A DNA stretch of 64,000 nucleotides from Selaginella moellendorffii (lineage: Eukaryota > Plantae > Lycopodiophyta). The stretch spans positions 900,682-964,681 of the forward strand of contig NW_003314278.1 of assembly GCF_000143415.4 (NCBI RefSeq), read 5' to 3'. Within the stretch, counting starts at the first letter, position 1, and the number at the start of each line of letters is the position of its first letter. Positions 39,109 through 50,953 of the stretch are shown here, one piece after another. The position numbers and the translations under genes were made by a program. The notes under the pieces were generated by a model, which saw only the letters and a list, made by a program, of their open reading frames with translations, had not been told where the DNA came from and ran no database searches.

Positions 39109-41072
39109 TTATTTCCCAAACAATCTTGGAGAATCATCGAAGCCTGTTTTCTTCATTGTCACTATCTCTTCAAATAAGATTGTTAAACTCGATTTTGCCA
39201 GCTCTCTAGAATGCAGACCATGGCATACAACCTGCTAAAACATAGGAATTGTGAATGCATTCTCGTTTAAATACTCTTTCAAACCTTTGGCATGATTCCG
39301 ATTATTGCTGCCGCTTCAAGAATATACAAAACCAGGTCCTCTGGCTCTACTCCTTTGCACTGCGGTGCTTAGTGAAAAACATAAAACACAAGTAAGCTGA
39401 AGTCACATTACTTACCTTGTTAGTTAGTTGTGCAAGTCTTGCACATGGTGAAGCAAAGCAATCGTCAAGGTCAAATAAGTCTATTTCTGGTAACTTTGGT
39501 TCCTTCAAAACTGGGGAAAACACAGCGGGCTGAAGAGGTGGTAATGGAGTCTCAAACTAAAAAAAGCCACTCTCAATTTCGTAAAATGAAAAAGCCACTC
39601 ATACCTGAGGTGCGATCAGTGTCAAAGGAGCATGCTTAACTCCAAGAGATCTATACAAATTACCCGTTTCAGGTATTAAGTCTGTGTGGTACTTAAAAAG
39701 ACTGTTGTCAAGAAGCTGCGTAAAGTCTTTGGGTATATCATCGGCCTCCTGAAAAGACTTCAACATGAAATTCCTTCAAGAGAAACCTTACTTGTAAGCA
39801 ACAACGTAGTCGGTTAGCTAAAGCTTCTGTGTTTGGGATTTGTTCAAGTTCTCTAGCATCCGGTTCCTCAATGTTCACTTTTTCCAGCTGAAGTAAGACA
39901 GTTAATGACCTTTGCGGATAATGTTGTACCTCAAGAGACTTTTCTTTATAAAGCCAAAGAAAGACAAAATCTGAGAGCGTAGCGTTATCTTCCTTGTCTA
40001 GCCAGACATCCTCAAACATTGCTACGCTTCCAGTCACAGCTACTCGTCCTTTGCCTTTAGTTCCTTGCCATAATGCTCCTGGAATATTCAATTGAAATAG
40101 GGAAAACTAGACTTCTTGAAGAGTACCAATGGAGCACTGCACTGGTTGAGACATAAACCCAGAAGAAAGTATGGTTGTTGCCGGTTTTTGAACGCTTAAT
40201 GTAGTGCCATATGGGTATAGAAATCGAAGTTCATTTCTTGAATTATCATATTCAATATCGTCAGGCTCCCAAAACCTGCTTATTATCCTATTATTATTAT
40301 TGAACGAAGAAAAAAGTTCACACCTTGGATCTGAATTGTATTCTCGCCCGCAAAAACTTCTACCTGAAAACTATAACGAAAAAATGTTTAATAAAATACT
40401 TGAATGACGAGTATTAGCTAATACTTCGTTCAGTTCTTCACATATGATACCATCTGTCACAATAACTTCTTTGGGATGAAAATACTTATCCTGAATGGTC
40501 TGGACCTGGAAAACATACAGGTCCATTGTGTCATTTAAATAAATTCAAGTCCTCACCACTCCATCGGAATTGATTGTAATCCCGTATTCTTGCGTCAAAT
40601 CGTTTAGATTCGTATTTTGGGCGATATCACCACCTTCTTTGCTTAGAAAAATCACTGAACCACCACTGCTTACATAGGATCGCAAGTTGTCTATCTGGTT
40701 TGATTTCATGGTTTATCTCTGTCTATTAGGACATAGATTTTACCTCCGCCGTGCTGAATTTTTCCCTTGGGCATCCAAATATAATGATAGAAGCTTCTTG
40801 CAGATTTTCCAAAGAAAGCAAGTTTTTGTATCTGACAGGAAAACAATGTGACATATGGAGGGAGGTGGGAGGGAATGAATCACATTGACACTTTAAACTT
40901 GCTTCGAAGCCTTCTGGCAAGCTGCTTGAAACCTTGTGAAGGTGTATGAGACTCTAGCAAGCAGAAATTAACCCCAAGGAGTGCACACAATTAGCTTACC
41001 GTGCTTAGAGCAATCAAATAGAAGTAAGGGGAGTGACACAGGAACACTATTGTGAGCAGCAATGTCTGCCAT
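39109..41072 (-). CDS. IFT52: Intraflagellar transport protein 52 (IFT-B), multi-exon
   Basis: LLFDCSKH, SQGFKQLARRLRSKF, IIFGCPREKFSTAE, EGGDIAQNTNLN, KYFHPKEVIVTDGI, FLYPYGTTLSVQKPA, GSVAMFEDVWLDKEDN, LRCCLQE, PAVFSPVLKEPKLPEIDLFDLDDCFAS and RLAQLTNKC. Short GT-AG introns. Confidence 0.93.
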
Positions 41073-41370
41073 TGCCCTTAAAACCTAATTAGTAAAATAC
41101 GCTTAACGGTGTTGACCGAGATTAATATTTTCTCGCAAATGGGGAGCAACACACGAATCCAGTCACCTTAAAGGTTCTGTTTGGTGGAATGGCTAACAAA
41201 ATAGTGGGGAGGAGAGAGCAGGTGGCAGTACGTTGCTTGGGGCAGGGGATTGTGCAATCCAACATCACCTGGATCGAAAGCTGGGGGCATATTCATTGTA
41301 CGTTAAGTGCTCAAACAACACAAAATAAAAACCCCACAAGTATAATGGTTTCTTGCTTGTTATGGTTATA

Positions 41371-44300
41371 TCAGCTTCCAGCGCGCAATTCGTCTAGGAT
41401 TGTAGACAGCTTGTTCACCTGGATTCCGACTGATGTTAGGTATTTCGTCAGTCACAGGCATGGACTTGCCTTAGACGTTGACAGGGCCTTCATCCTCTCC
41501 AGCTCTTTAAGATCATTCTCAAGATGGGAAACCTTGCAAAAAGATTCCGTCAGCTCCTCGTCTTTCAGCTTTAAAGCTGTAGCAATATTTCTCTCTCTTA
41601 TCTGCAAATCTTAATTAAGCAAAGGACAAGTGAAAACTCTCGGGTACCTCAAGTTCAAAGTTCACCCCTTTTATATGTTCCATCTCAGCCAGGACATGCA
41701 CTAGTTTTTCTTCTACTTCTTTCTTTTCCTAGACAGATTACCAAAATAAGATGTGTAAAATTCTGTTTAGGCACCCACGTTGGTTGTTGAATGAAACTTC
41801 TCATTGGCTTGATCTCTTTCTAACGCGATTGACTTTTCTCGGTTTTCATATAGGGATTTAACCCGATTTATCTCCTCCTTCACGTATCTGAATTACAAGT
41901 TTAACGGGTTTCAAGAAATAGCAGATACCTTAGCATCTCGTCCTTTTCACTTAGTTTATTCTTGAGGATGGAGTAGTCATGTTCCAACGTTAGAAAGGAT
42001 TTCTTTTGCAATCTTATTTCTTCTTCAAGCTCATTTATAACCATATCTTGTGCCGATACTTCTTTCCTTAATGCTCGACCCTAGGCAGAAGCATATTTAA
42101 GAAAAAAGATTTAACAGCATAATCCACCTGCTCAACTTCATCTCGGAATCTGGTGCTCCACTCATTTTCAAGTAGATCCACCGAAGACTTCACCTCCTTT
42201 AAAGCGTTTTTTGTGTGAGATAGTTCGAGCTTCAATTCCTTGATGCTATCATTTTGACAATCAAGCATTTTTGTTTTGATTCGAACCGCATCAGTACTTG
42301 TTTCAAGTTGTTCTGAAATGGAACTGAGCCGTGTACTGAGCTTTCCTTTTTCCTCCTTGAGAGACTGAACAAGATTGCGTAGAGACTGTTCTTGACTTTG
42401 TCGTTCTTTGTCTCCAGCCTTTGAGGCTTCTATACATTTGTTTAGCATGTCATCTGACATGGCTGCCTGCTTTCTCAAGGAGACTGCTTCCGCTCTAAGT
42501 GTTTCTATTTCCTGGCAGATCAAGAAATTACGAATTCGGCATATGTAATATGCATACCTCAGTGGATGCTGCAATTTCAGCTTGTGTGGACTGCAGCTTC
42601 AGCTTCTGTGCACGCAATAAAAGTCAGCAAGTACATTTTGCTGTTTCCTCGAACCTGTGAGTGCACAACAACAGTAAGCTCTGCTAGAAGCGCTTCAGCA
42701 TCTTGCTCCTAAACACAAAGGAAGCGTTAGCTCAAAATCAAAGCTGACAAACGCACCTTTTGGATAACAGTTTTTAACGCATCTCGCAAATCTGCATTTT
42801 CTCGGGAAAGCTCCATGCGTATCTTCTCCGTGCGTTCTACACTTGTTTTTCTTTCTGTTTGCAGTTCATGAATTTGTGAGGGAGGAAGAGTGAGTAACGA
42901 CACACCTTCATTAGCTAGTTCCAGTTCTCTTTCAGTAGATTGAATGTTACATCGTAAGTACTCAAGTTCTTTCTTCCACTTTGTCGTAATTCGTAGCTGC
43001 TCAGCTTCTTTTTCCTTTTCAATAGCAGATGCTAACTCTTCATCATGCATTCTAGAGCAACTCAACAAGAACAACGTTAAAATATACTACGTGAATTCTT
43101 ACAGGCTCAAGCGCGTGATCTCCTCTTTCCATTCACTCCGTTCTTTTGCCAGTAAATTCGAGAGTCTTTTAACCTCCTCGTGAGCTAGAGCTTCTTTGCT
43201 TTTGAACGAATCCTAATCTAAAAGCTGACAAAACTGTAAAAGAAAAGATACCAAATTTAGTACCAGCTCGTTACTGCAAAGTTTCAGTTTTGCTTGCTCC
43301 TCCTCTAAAGATTTTCTTAGGCGTGACATTGCATCCTGTATATGTTTCTTTTCGGCAGTGACGTCTGTTAAGGTGCTCTCTGCATTCTAAAAGAAAAGAC
43401 AATAGAATGACACAAGCAACTGTTGGAGCTTACCTTGTGCAAGTAGGTAGCTACATCGAGTGACTCTTTTAGAGCTTTATTTTCCGATTGGTGGGTGAGT
43501 AGTTCTGCTTTGGACCTTTCAGAATCATAAAGGAGCTCCTGTATACGTTGGGCAGTATGCGATCCATCGTCCTTTCCTTGGAAATCTAAGCTTCGTAACG
43601 CGGAACCCACATGTTTTTACCTTAGGTCTTTCCTGAGGCATGAAGAAACATTCCTTCGCAGGACCTGGTGAGTGTTCCCTTTCTTTACCTCCATGGTTCG
43701 GTGAATGTACCATTTTTGGATGTTTTCTTTTGAAAAGGTCCTTCTCGACATTTGTAACCTCGGTTTGAACCTCACTAATCTGTTGGAAAGCGCATCATAG
43801 TCAGTTCCTCATTAAAAATGTAGTTGTACCTCCTTACGCATTTTTGGTGGTTCTAATGCATGGTCGACATCCTGCAAGGTCAAATAGTTCAGGAACATAA
43901 AGCAGTGACACAGGAACCCGTACTGTGCCTTTCTTGCGGCCTTTATTTGAGGTGCTCTTCATAGTGTCCAGTACTTCCATTAAACGAGCTTCAATATTTT
44001 CTAGCCGACTCTCGTGGTCATCTTTCCAGGGAATGGACTCTGTTGGCAATAAATCGTCATTTACCTGAAAAATCTTGCTCTCATCTCCTTTCTTTCCCAC
44101 AGGGTTCCCATCTAAATATTGTAGGTGTGGAATAGCCGCAGCCAGTGTTGCATGGTAGCATTTTTCCTGACAGACGGGATTTGTATATTTTCCATGTGAA
44201 AAGAAAAGCTCCTTGAGATGAGTACATCCAGCAAGTTGCCATAATTCAGCAGGCGATTTTACAAAATTGTCTCTTAAGTCTAAATACGTGAGCCTGCACC

Positions 44301-44783
44301 AATATTCCAGTTAGCAGCAAAACAAAGAACCTCTTACCTGGCCGATATGCCACTTAATTTTGAAATACGGTTGTGTGACAGAACAAGCTTGCTCAGCGAA
44401 ATGAGGGATTCCAGGCCTGCTATTTGCTTTACTCGGTTGCACGAGAGATTGAGAACTCTAAGGCTTTTTAAAGTTGATAAGCCTTCGATGCTCTCAAGAA
44501 AATTGGAGGACAAATTAAGTTCCTTGAGCAACAAGAGTCCTTCCAGTCCTTCAATTTTGTTGATATGGTTGTTGTGTAAGCTCAGGAACTGTAGATTCTT
44601 GAAACTCGACAGGCCCACTATGGAAGTAATAGAGTGCAGCCCTGCCCCGTAGATAAAAATTTCCCTAATCTCCAAATCTGTACTATTGGACAATATGCGA
44701 TGCTGCAAAGATAAAATTAAAATACCTGTCTTGCGAGGGTTTTGAGCTCGTACATCATAGAGCCGTGGTGCATTGTTTTCCAT
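41371..44783 (-). CDS. LRRCC1-like: Leucine-rich repeat plus long coiled-coil protein, LRRCC1/VFL1-like (basal body); start uncertain
   Basis: SDS22-type LRRs (LSLHNNHINKIEGL, LNLSSNFLESIEGL, LNLSCNRVKQIAGL). LRR cap NPVCQEKCYHATLAAAIPHLQYLDG. Many heptad-rich exons follow, down to VNKLSTILDELRAGS* (last intron probably GC-AG). Confidence 0.75.
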
Positions 44784-45275
44784 TACTGGCACGCTGCACT
44801 TAGGGATCTGCAGCAGAGTATGGTTTTTTGTTTTTACGTTTAGAAAATGCCAAGAAAATAGATGCAATAATGAAAAGAAACTTCATCATAGGTGAAAGAA
44901 TCTGATCCAAGCGTGATGCTAAGGGCATTTTCAGTGCCTAGACGTAATCCATGCAAGAATTCAAGCATCACCTCGCCATCCTAAAAGGCGAAGTCTGAAT
45001 ATCTCCTTCTTTTTTCATCTGGAGGCCAAATGGCTCTGTGATTCTTAATTATTTTATTCACAATATTATGAAATCAAATAAATCTCTCCAGGCAATCAGC
45101 CTCTTATTTTCTATTAGTGCTGATAAAATGGCTGATGCAACAAGCCATGAGAAGGCCAGCCCTTCCCCAAGAGTAACCACCGCCATAAAAGTATCCAACC
45201 CTATTTGGACACGTGTTCTGAGAGGCCCCATTATCCTGTCCTGTGGTTCTGTATCTCCTATCTAGGATAGCCTCT

Positions 45276-46228
45276 ATGGTAATGTACTAACCCTGCACTT
45301 GTTGCTGAGCAAGGATCTACTTTGTGCAGGGATTAGTGTCATTGCTCAAGAGGATTTTCAAGCAGAAGGCCTGCTCGGTACTAAATTTGCATTCTCAATG
45401 TGTCTGGTGATCAAAAGCTTGAGTGTAAAGGAAGCGCGAATTCTTGTTCTTGGACTAGATAATGCGGGAAAGACAACAATATTGAGGAAACTCACAAATG
45501 AGTCTATTTATGATGTTGTTCCTACACAGGTAAATCTTGAACACTTTCACTTTAACGCTACAAGGACAATAGTGATGCAGGGTTTTAATATTAACTCCTT
45601 GTTGCGTGGAAAATTTAAGCTTAATGTATGGGATGTCGGTGGTAAGGATATTCATTCAGCATTCATAGTTTGACGCTGTTTTAATAAAGGTGAGCTTGCA
45701 AGCAGAAGCTATTGGAGGAACTATTGTGACCAAATTGACGGATTGGTTCTTGCACAGCAATCCAGGGTTCTTCTTAACTGCATTTACTTGCAGGTATATG
45801 TCATTGACTGTGAGGACAGAGAGAGACTGGAGGAAAGTGGTATGCAAGCTTGTTCAATACCATAATCTTGATATGTGACTAAAAATCTAGGTGAGGAGCT
45901 GATCAATTTCTTAGACGACGTCAAGGACAGAAAATTTCCAGTTCTTGTATTTGCCAATAAGCAAGATTCAGAGTTAGCAATTGCCGAGGATGAGGTAGTT
46001 CGTATTCCGTTTCTACACAGGGTTTGATCTTGTAAGCACAGATTACGGACGCATTAAATTTACATTATATTCGTCACCACGCTTGGCAAGTACATGGTTG
46101 TTCTGGTAAATAGCTTTCTCTGCCTATTGTGGGCAAAAGGTTTTATTTGTCCACTGGCAGCTCTGACTGGTGGGGGTTTACGAGAAGGTATGAACTGGCT
46201 AATGGAACAGCTTCAAAATGGCACCTGA
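45276..46228 (+). CDS. ARL3: ARF-like small GTPase ARL3 (ciliary), multi-exon
   Basis: ATG-only first coding exon (45276-45278), then GLVSLLKR, RILVLGLDNAGKTT, PTQGFNI, FKLNVWDVGG, YWRNY, YVID, PVLVFANKQD, LNLHYIR and CSALTGGGLREGMNWL. Confidence 0.88.
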
Positions 46229-46301
46229 CAAACTTTTAAAGTTAGTTTGGTGAGACCTTTCCTATACCATGACTTCTAATGTTCTGCAACAGATGTAAAC
46301 C

Positions 46302-47085
46302 ATGTTTGCAAGGCTTTGGCACTGGAGATGGGAGATTGATTTAGCCATTTCAATTTTTTTCCTAGCAAATATATCTACCGTCCTGCTTATTGAAACTCAA
46401 GCTTTGCTACCAACTTGGATATTTCCAAAGCTGCTCCAAGCACTGCTTAAATGGCATGTTCATGCAAATGGTGATTTTCTCTTAAGAAGGTCCCCGCCTT
46501 TCTATTTAGGTATTATTTCTGGAAATATTTTTATTCGAGTACCTCTTATGTTACTGAATGCATATGCATTTTATTATGGTATGCTTAAGGCGGTATTTAG
46601 AAAGATTGTAAAACATGCATGCTACAGGGAAAGCATGGGGAGATGCAACCGCTATCCTTTATGGAGTTCATACGACTAGCACATTGGTAGGATTCTGGAT
46701 CTCTGAGGATGCTTCTTACAGCTAGCATTCGTTTGAACAGATTCCACTGATATTTGAAATTTACTTTGCGAGAGTTTCTAAAAGACAGAGATTACTACTA
46801 GTATATTTACCTCAAGTTTTAGTCTCTGTTTACGTTCTAGTACGGGGTCTGATTGGCACAACTGACTTCGAATATGTTCCTGCAAAGAACTCAAGTGCTG
46901 CCAATATGTTCCTAAGTTTCTTTTACAGAATCCCTTTATTAAAATCATTAATATTTGGAAGCAAAGCACATACTCCAGCGCATCCTGCTATTGAAAATGC
47001 ATCGACCATTTCTAATAGCTGGCGGAGACGTAAAAGAAGAATGGGACCGAAAGTGGAGCATCCAGATCTAAAAAGATGGTTCTAA
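46302..47085 (+). CDS. TMEM97/EXPERA-domain membrane protein (3' end uncertain)
   Basis: IDLAISIFF...LIETQALLP..FPKLL..LLKWH...GDFLL..SPPFY, AWGDATAILYGVHTTST and LLVYLPQVLV. Four hydrophobic segments and short introns. Confidence 0.7.
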
Positions 47086-47699
47086 CCGAACGCACGAACA
47101 GGGTGCAATAAAAACGCCCCCCTACCTCAAGGGAGCTAGAATGAAGACAAGGTAAGAAAGTATTTCTATTGACCAACAAATAAGTTTGCGTAACTGTCCT
47201 TAGGAGTCAGTTCCGAAAATCAAAATCAAAGTCCAGGTCAAGGTCAAGATCTAAGTTGCACAAAAGCTCGTCGAATAGAATACCGCTGAGACAGTTTATT
47301 GACAATGCAACTATTGTACTAGGTCGCTGAAACCTCTTATTATTGAATTTGTTTTTTAAAAAAGGGTGGGTTCTCCTTACTGATGGTAGCATATGTGTCC
47401 GATGATCTCTGCATGCTCTATGGTTGAGCATTCGGACATTAATCCTCGTCCTTTAAATCTCGTGTCCCAGAGACAAACATAGAAAGGAATCCAGGGCCAC
47501 TGGAAAAAGAACATATAACCATACAATCAAGATCCATGCCTTAGAAATTGCATGGGATCATAGCTAATATTGTAAAAAAAAAATTAAAAAAAACCAGGAG
47601 CAAGAAGAAGCTGGCGGCATAGAAGGCTGTCAGTAATCTAGAAAAAAAGTTACCTAGGAGCTAAAAGCATTAAAGTCACCTCTTCATTTTTCTTTTGCA

Positions 47700-48200
47700 C
47701 CATATATATTTTGCTGGACAGTCTGGGACTTTTCTCTGTTGCTCCTGAAGAAGGATCATTGGTGCTGAGAGAAACTTGTACGAGTAAGTTGAGTAGGACA
47801 AACCTGTAGAGTGGTTTTGCTGTATAGAATCTATAGCTTTTCCCTGGATATCCCAACAGTGGAGGGGTCTGAATCGTTTGTGAATTCCTTGCCGTCCCAA
47901 CTATTTGGCAAGCGACTGCCTAGTTTTAGATCAGTCCTTGTAGGTTCTAAGCTTGCAAAAAAAAGACTTGATTATAAGCTCCAAAGATCACCTCCACTGC
48001 ATGTTATGTTGGTGAATAAAGTATATTACTGCTGTAGATTTGCATACCTAATACATACTTGCATGGAATTCCTGTGAGGAAAAAATATGAAAGTTTTGAG
48101 AAGCTAAATTTGTAGTTTCCAAGCATTCATCATGTTTCCAGCATGTGTAAGCATTCATGTCTGGTCCTATGAAAGCCACGGTTTTCAAGGCTGAGTTCTT
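47700..48200 (-). pseudogene. Fragments of a GH3 beta-xylosidase (BXL-like)
   Basis: GYPGKSYRFY, GLSYSTYSYKF and LKTVAFIGPDMN motifs occur in broken frames. Confidence 0.65.
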
Positions 48201-50953
48201 TCTCAGGTATTTAAAAGAGTTAAGCATCTCGACTCGACTATGTTGTCGCTGCCACACTGACAGGCATCTGGTGGCTCCCAGTCGCATGTCATTCTTTTTT
48301 AGATGCAGAAGGCAGAAGAGTTCTGGAGAACAGTGTAGCTTGTATTTGGTGATGGGATATGAGCACAAGGTGAGTGAATGCATGTTTTAAAACGAGAACT
48401 GGAAATATTTAGGCTGTCTCTATGCCTTTACATTTCTGGTGATAGATAATGCCTTTGCTTTTACATAAGAGCGTAAAAAAAAGAAAGTATTTGGTGCAGA
48501 GGAATTCAACAACACTTGGAAATAGCTCATTTGCATTTTTTGAGTTCTGGCTAAGGTCAAAGGAGAGTAGGAGAACAGTCCGTGGTGTAGTGGCTAAAGT
48601 TCATTATTGTCTTTTGCTTGAATTTTATATATCGAGACAGCAGCTTTCAGACATAGTGCTTTATGTGGATTGGCCATCAACCATGAATCCATATTTGGGC
48701 AAGCAGAAGATCCATAGTGTGTGGAGGATGGCAACTCTTTCTCCGAGGACGAGATGAGGACGTGCTCGTTGCTTCATCACAAGTATATTAGCCACTATTA
48801 GGAGCCCTCTATAGGGTAGCAGACATTTTATCAGGCAGTCTGAGGAGTGTAAGATGGAAGAGGGGTGCAAGAAATCCTGGAAGTGGAAGAAGAATATGAG
48901 GATGAGGATGGTAGTTTTCTTGCAGGTCTCAAACTTAAATGTGGAACTTTTCTGGGCAGCACACGACCAGAACTACTCAGATTGTTCGATGGCGATCCAT
49001 AAAGGCAGCCATATCCACCGTTTGGAGCCACAGATATCTGCTGTGACAATCACCAGCAACTTTTGACGTTCTAACACTGGGGAATTGTCCTAAAAGAAAT
49101 TGTCTCACTACCTTGAAAATCACCTTCATCTCAATGGCTTCCTATTGTTAACAAGATAGGCCCATGGCCGTATCTTGTATAAAGTCTAAAATCTTGAAAA
49201 CTTTGTTTATAGATATCTGTTTGGAGACAAACAATGACTACTATGCCTGGGAGATGCACACGCTTGGTGTTAGCACTCAAACCAGTTTTAGTCTCGGACA
49301 ACTGAGACCCAAGTAAGTCCCATTTAACTGAGTATATTATTTGCCGATGCTCCAAATATCTAGAAAATACTTAGAAAATCAGAGAAAGTCTGAAACTTAC
49401 TTGCACAATACCTTCAGACCAAAAGTCAAGAAGTTTTTCTGTGAAAGGATCCAGGTGATAAAAAAAAATGAAGAAAAGCACAGACTCAGTGTTCAGGCTG
49501 AGCTCATGCGATCAATGAGCATGGTAACTAAAATTTAGTGTTAAAAGATTAGCCTCGAGAAGGGGGAAACCAATGCATGATCAATGCTTACATTTAGCAT
49601 TATAGGATTTTATATAGAACCCTACATATCACAAACACAAAAGAAAGACAATTTCTGCCAAAAATACCTTTACCTTAATCAGTCCATCTCTTTACAGAAT
49701 TGTGAGATCTCTAAAGTTAGCAATGGAAAATGTCCCGTTCTCTTCTTAAGATGAAAAATTTCAAGTAGCTTCCATTTAGGCTTAAAATCCTGCTTGAATG
49801 TATACAAATAAACCTGTGCAAAAGTTTTCAGGTTTGCAACAAATCATTAAGATGAAGAAATAAAAAATTTAGAAGACATTTTCCTAATCAACATGTCCCT
49901 TCTCACCCAATGAGAACATCAACTTCAGTGATCTACCTCTGGACCACTGGAATCACAAGCCTTAGCTCTTTTCTGGCTTCTTTCTCTCCATGATTCTTGG
50001 AGCCCTAGTAAGAAACCTATATGTGATTGCCTTTGCATGTACAAATGGGAAACATGTTGTTCAAGAGAGGCCCTTATATATGAGAAATCATTGAAAATTA
50101 GTTCAATCATCCGTTTGTGCATGTTCTATAAATCCTTACAGTTGTCACTGCTTGAGTTGCAAGTCCAGCTGGCAGAAATTTGTTCTTAACCACCTTCACC
50201 ACACTGTCAAGCTCCATGCTCTAAAATCTATGAATCTGTATCCCAACAACTTGGAAACTAATGAACAAGAGAGATTTACAAAAAACACCTTCCCATTTCG
50301 AAGCTGGTTCTGGTTTATTGAAGGCTATGATGACTACTCTCCAGAAACTAGCCATTGTTGGGATGATCAAGCTGAAATGTAGGAGAATTTCAATGTGACC
50401 ACCAAGATACATTAGAGTGATAACCAAATTGATAATTAATGATATTAGAAAAGAATCTGATCATGCTAGTCACACTAAACCCTAAACTGGCTGGAAACCC
50501 CATAAAAGTGAAACATATTTTAATTCTAGAAGTACTTATTTTGCCCCAACTTTCACCTACTTATAGAAAGGTTAGTTTGATCTAGCAATTGAGACATAAA
50601 TTATCCTGTAAGATGTATAACCTTGGACATGGCTTCATGACAAATCAAATAGAAATTACACACTAATTCATAAAGATATGTTTTCAGTTTGTTATGTTCA
50701 CCCAATCCATGAACACTCAAGATCATACTGCTCTCTTAAGGAACACTTCAAGAACACTTTTGAACAACAGTTGGGAAGGGGTGAGGCCTATCCATATTGC
50801 CAACCTCTTCCTTTTATCTTGATAGCAAATATTCTACACAAGATTGCAAATCCTCCTTGCCTTTTGTCTCCTAGCAAAGATTCTACACATCCAAAGTTAT
50901 ACTACCTTGCAACCACCCAAGATGCAACACCTATTTTATCCTTACCAAAATCC

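Noticed and set aside
39120-39180. + strand peptide NLGESSKPVFFIV as a GEX2 C-terminal exon
   Set aside because: It is the antisense of the last IFT52 exon.
41073-41370. DUO1/MYB sperm-specific promoter motif upstream of IFT52
   Set aside because: Only short generic MYB-like words (e.g. taacgg) are visible, which cannot be distinguished from chance.
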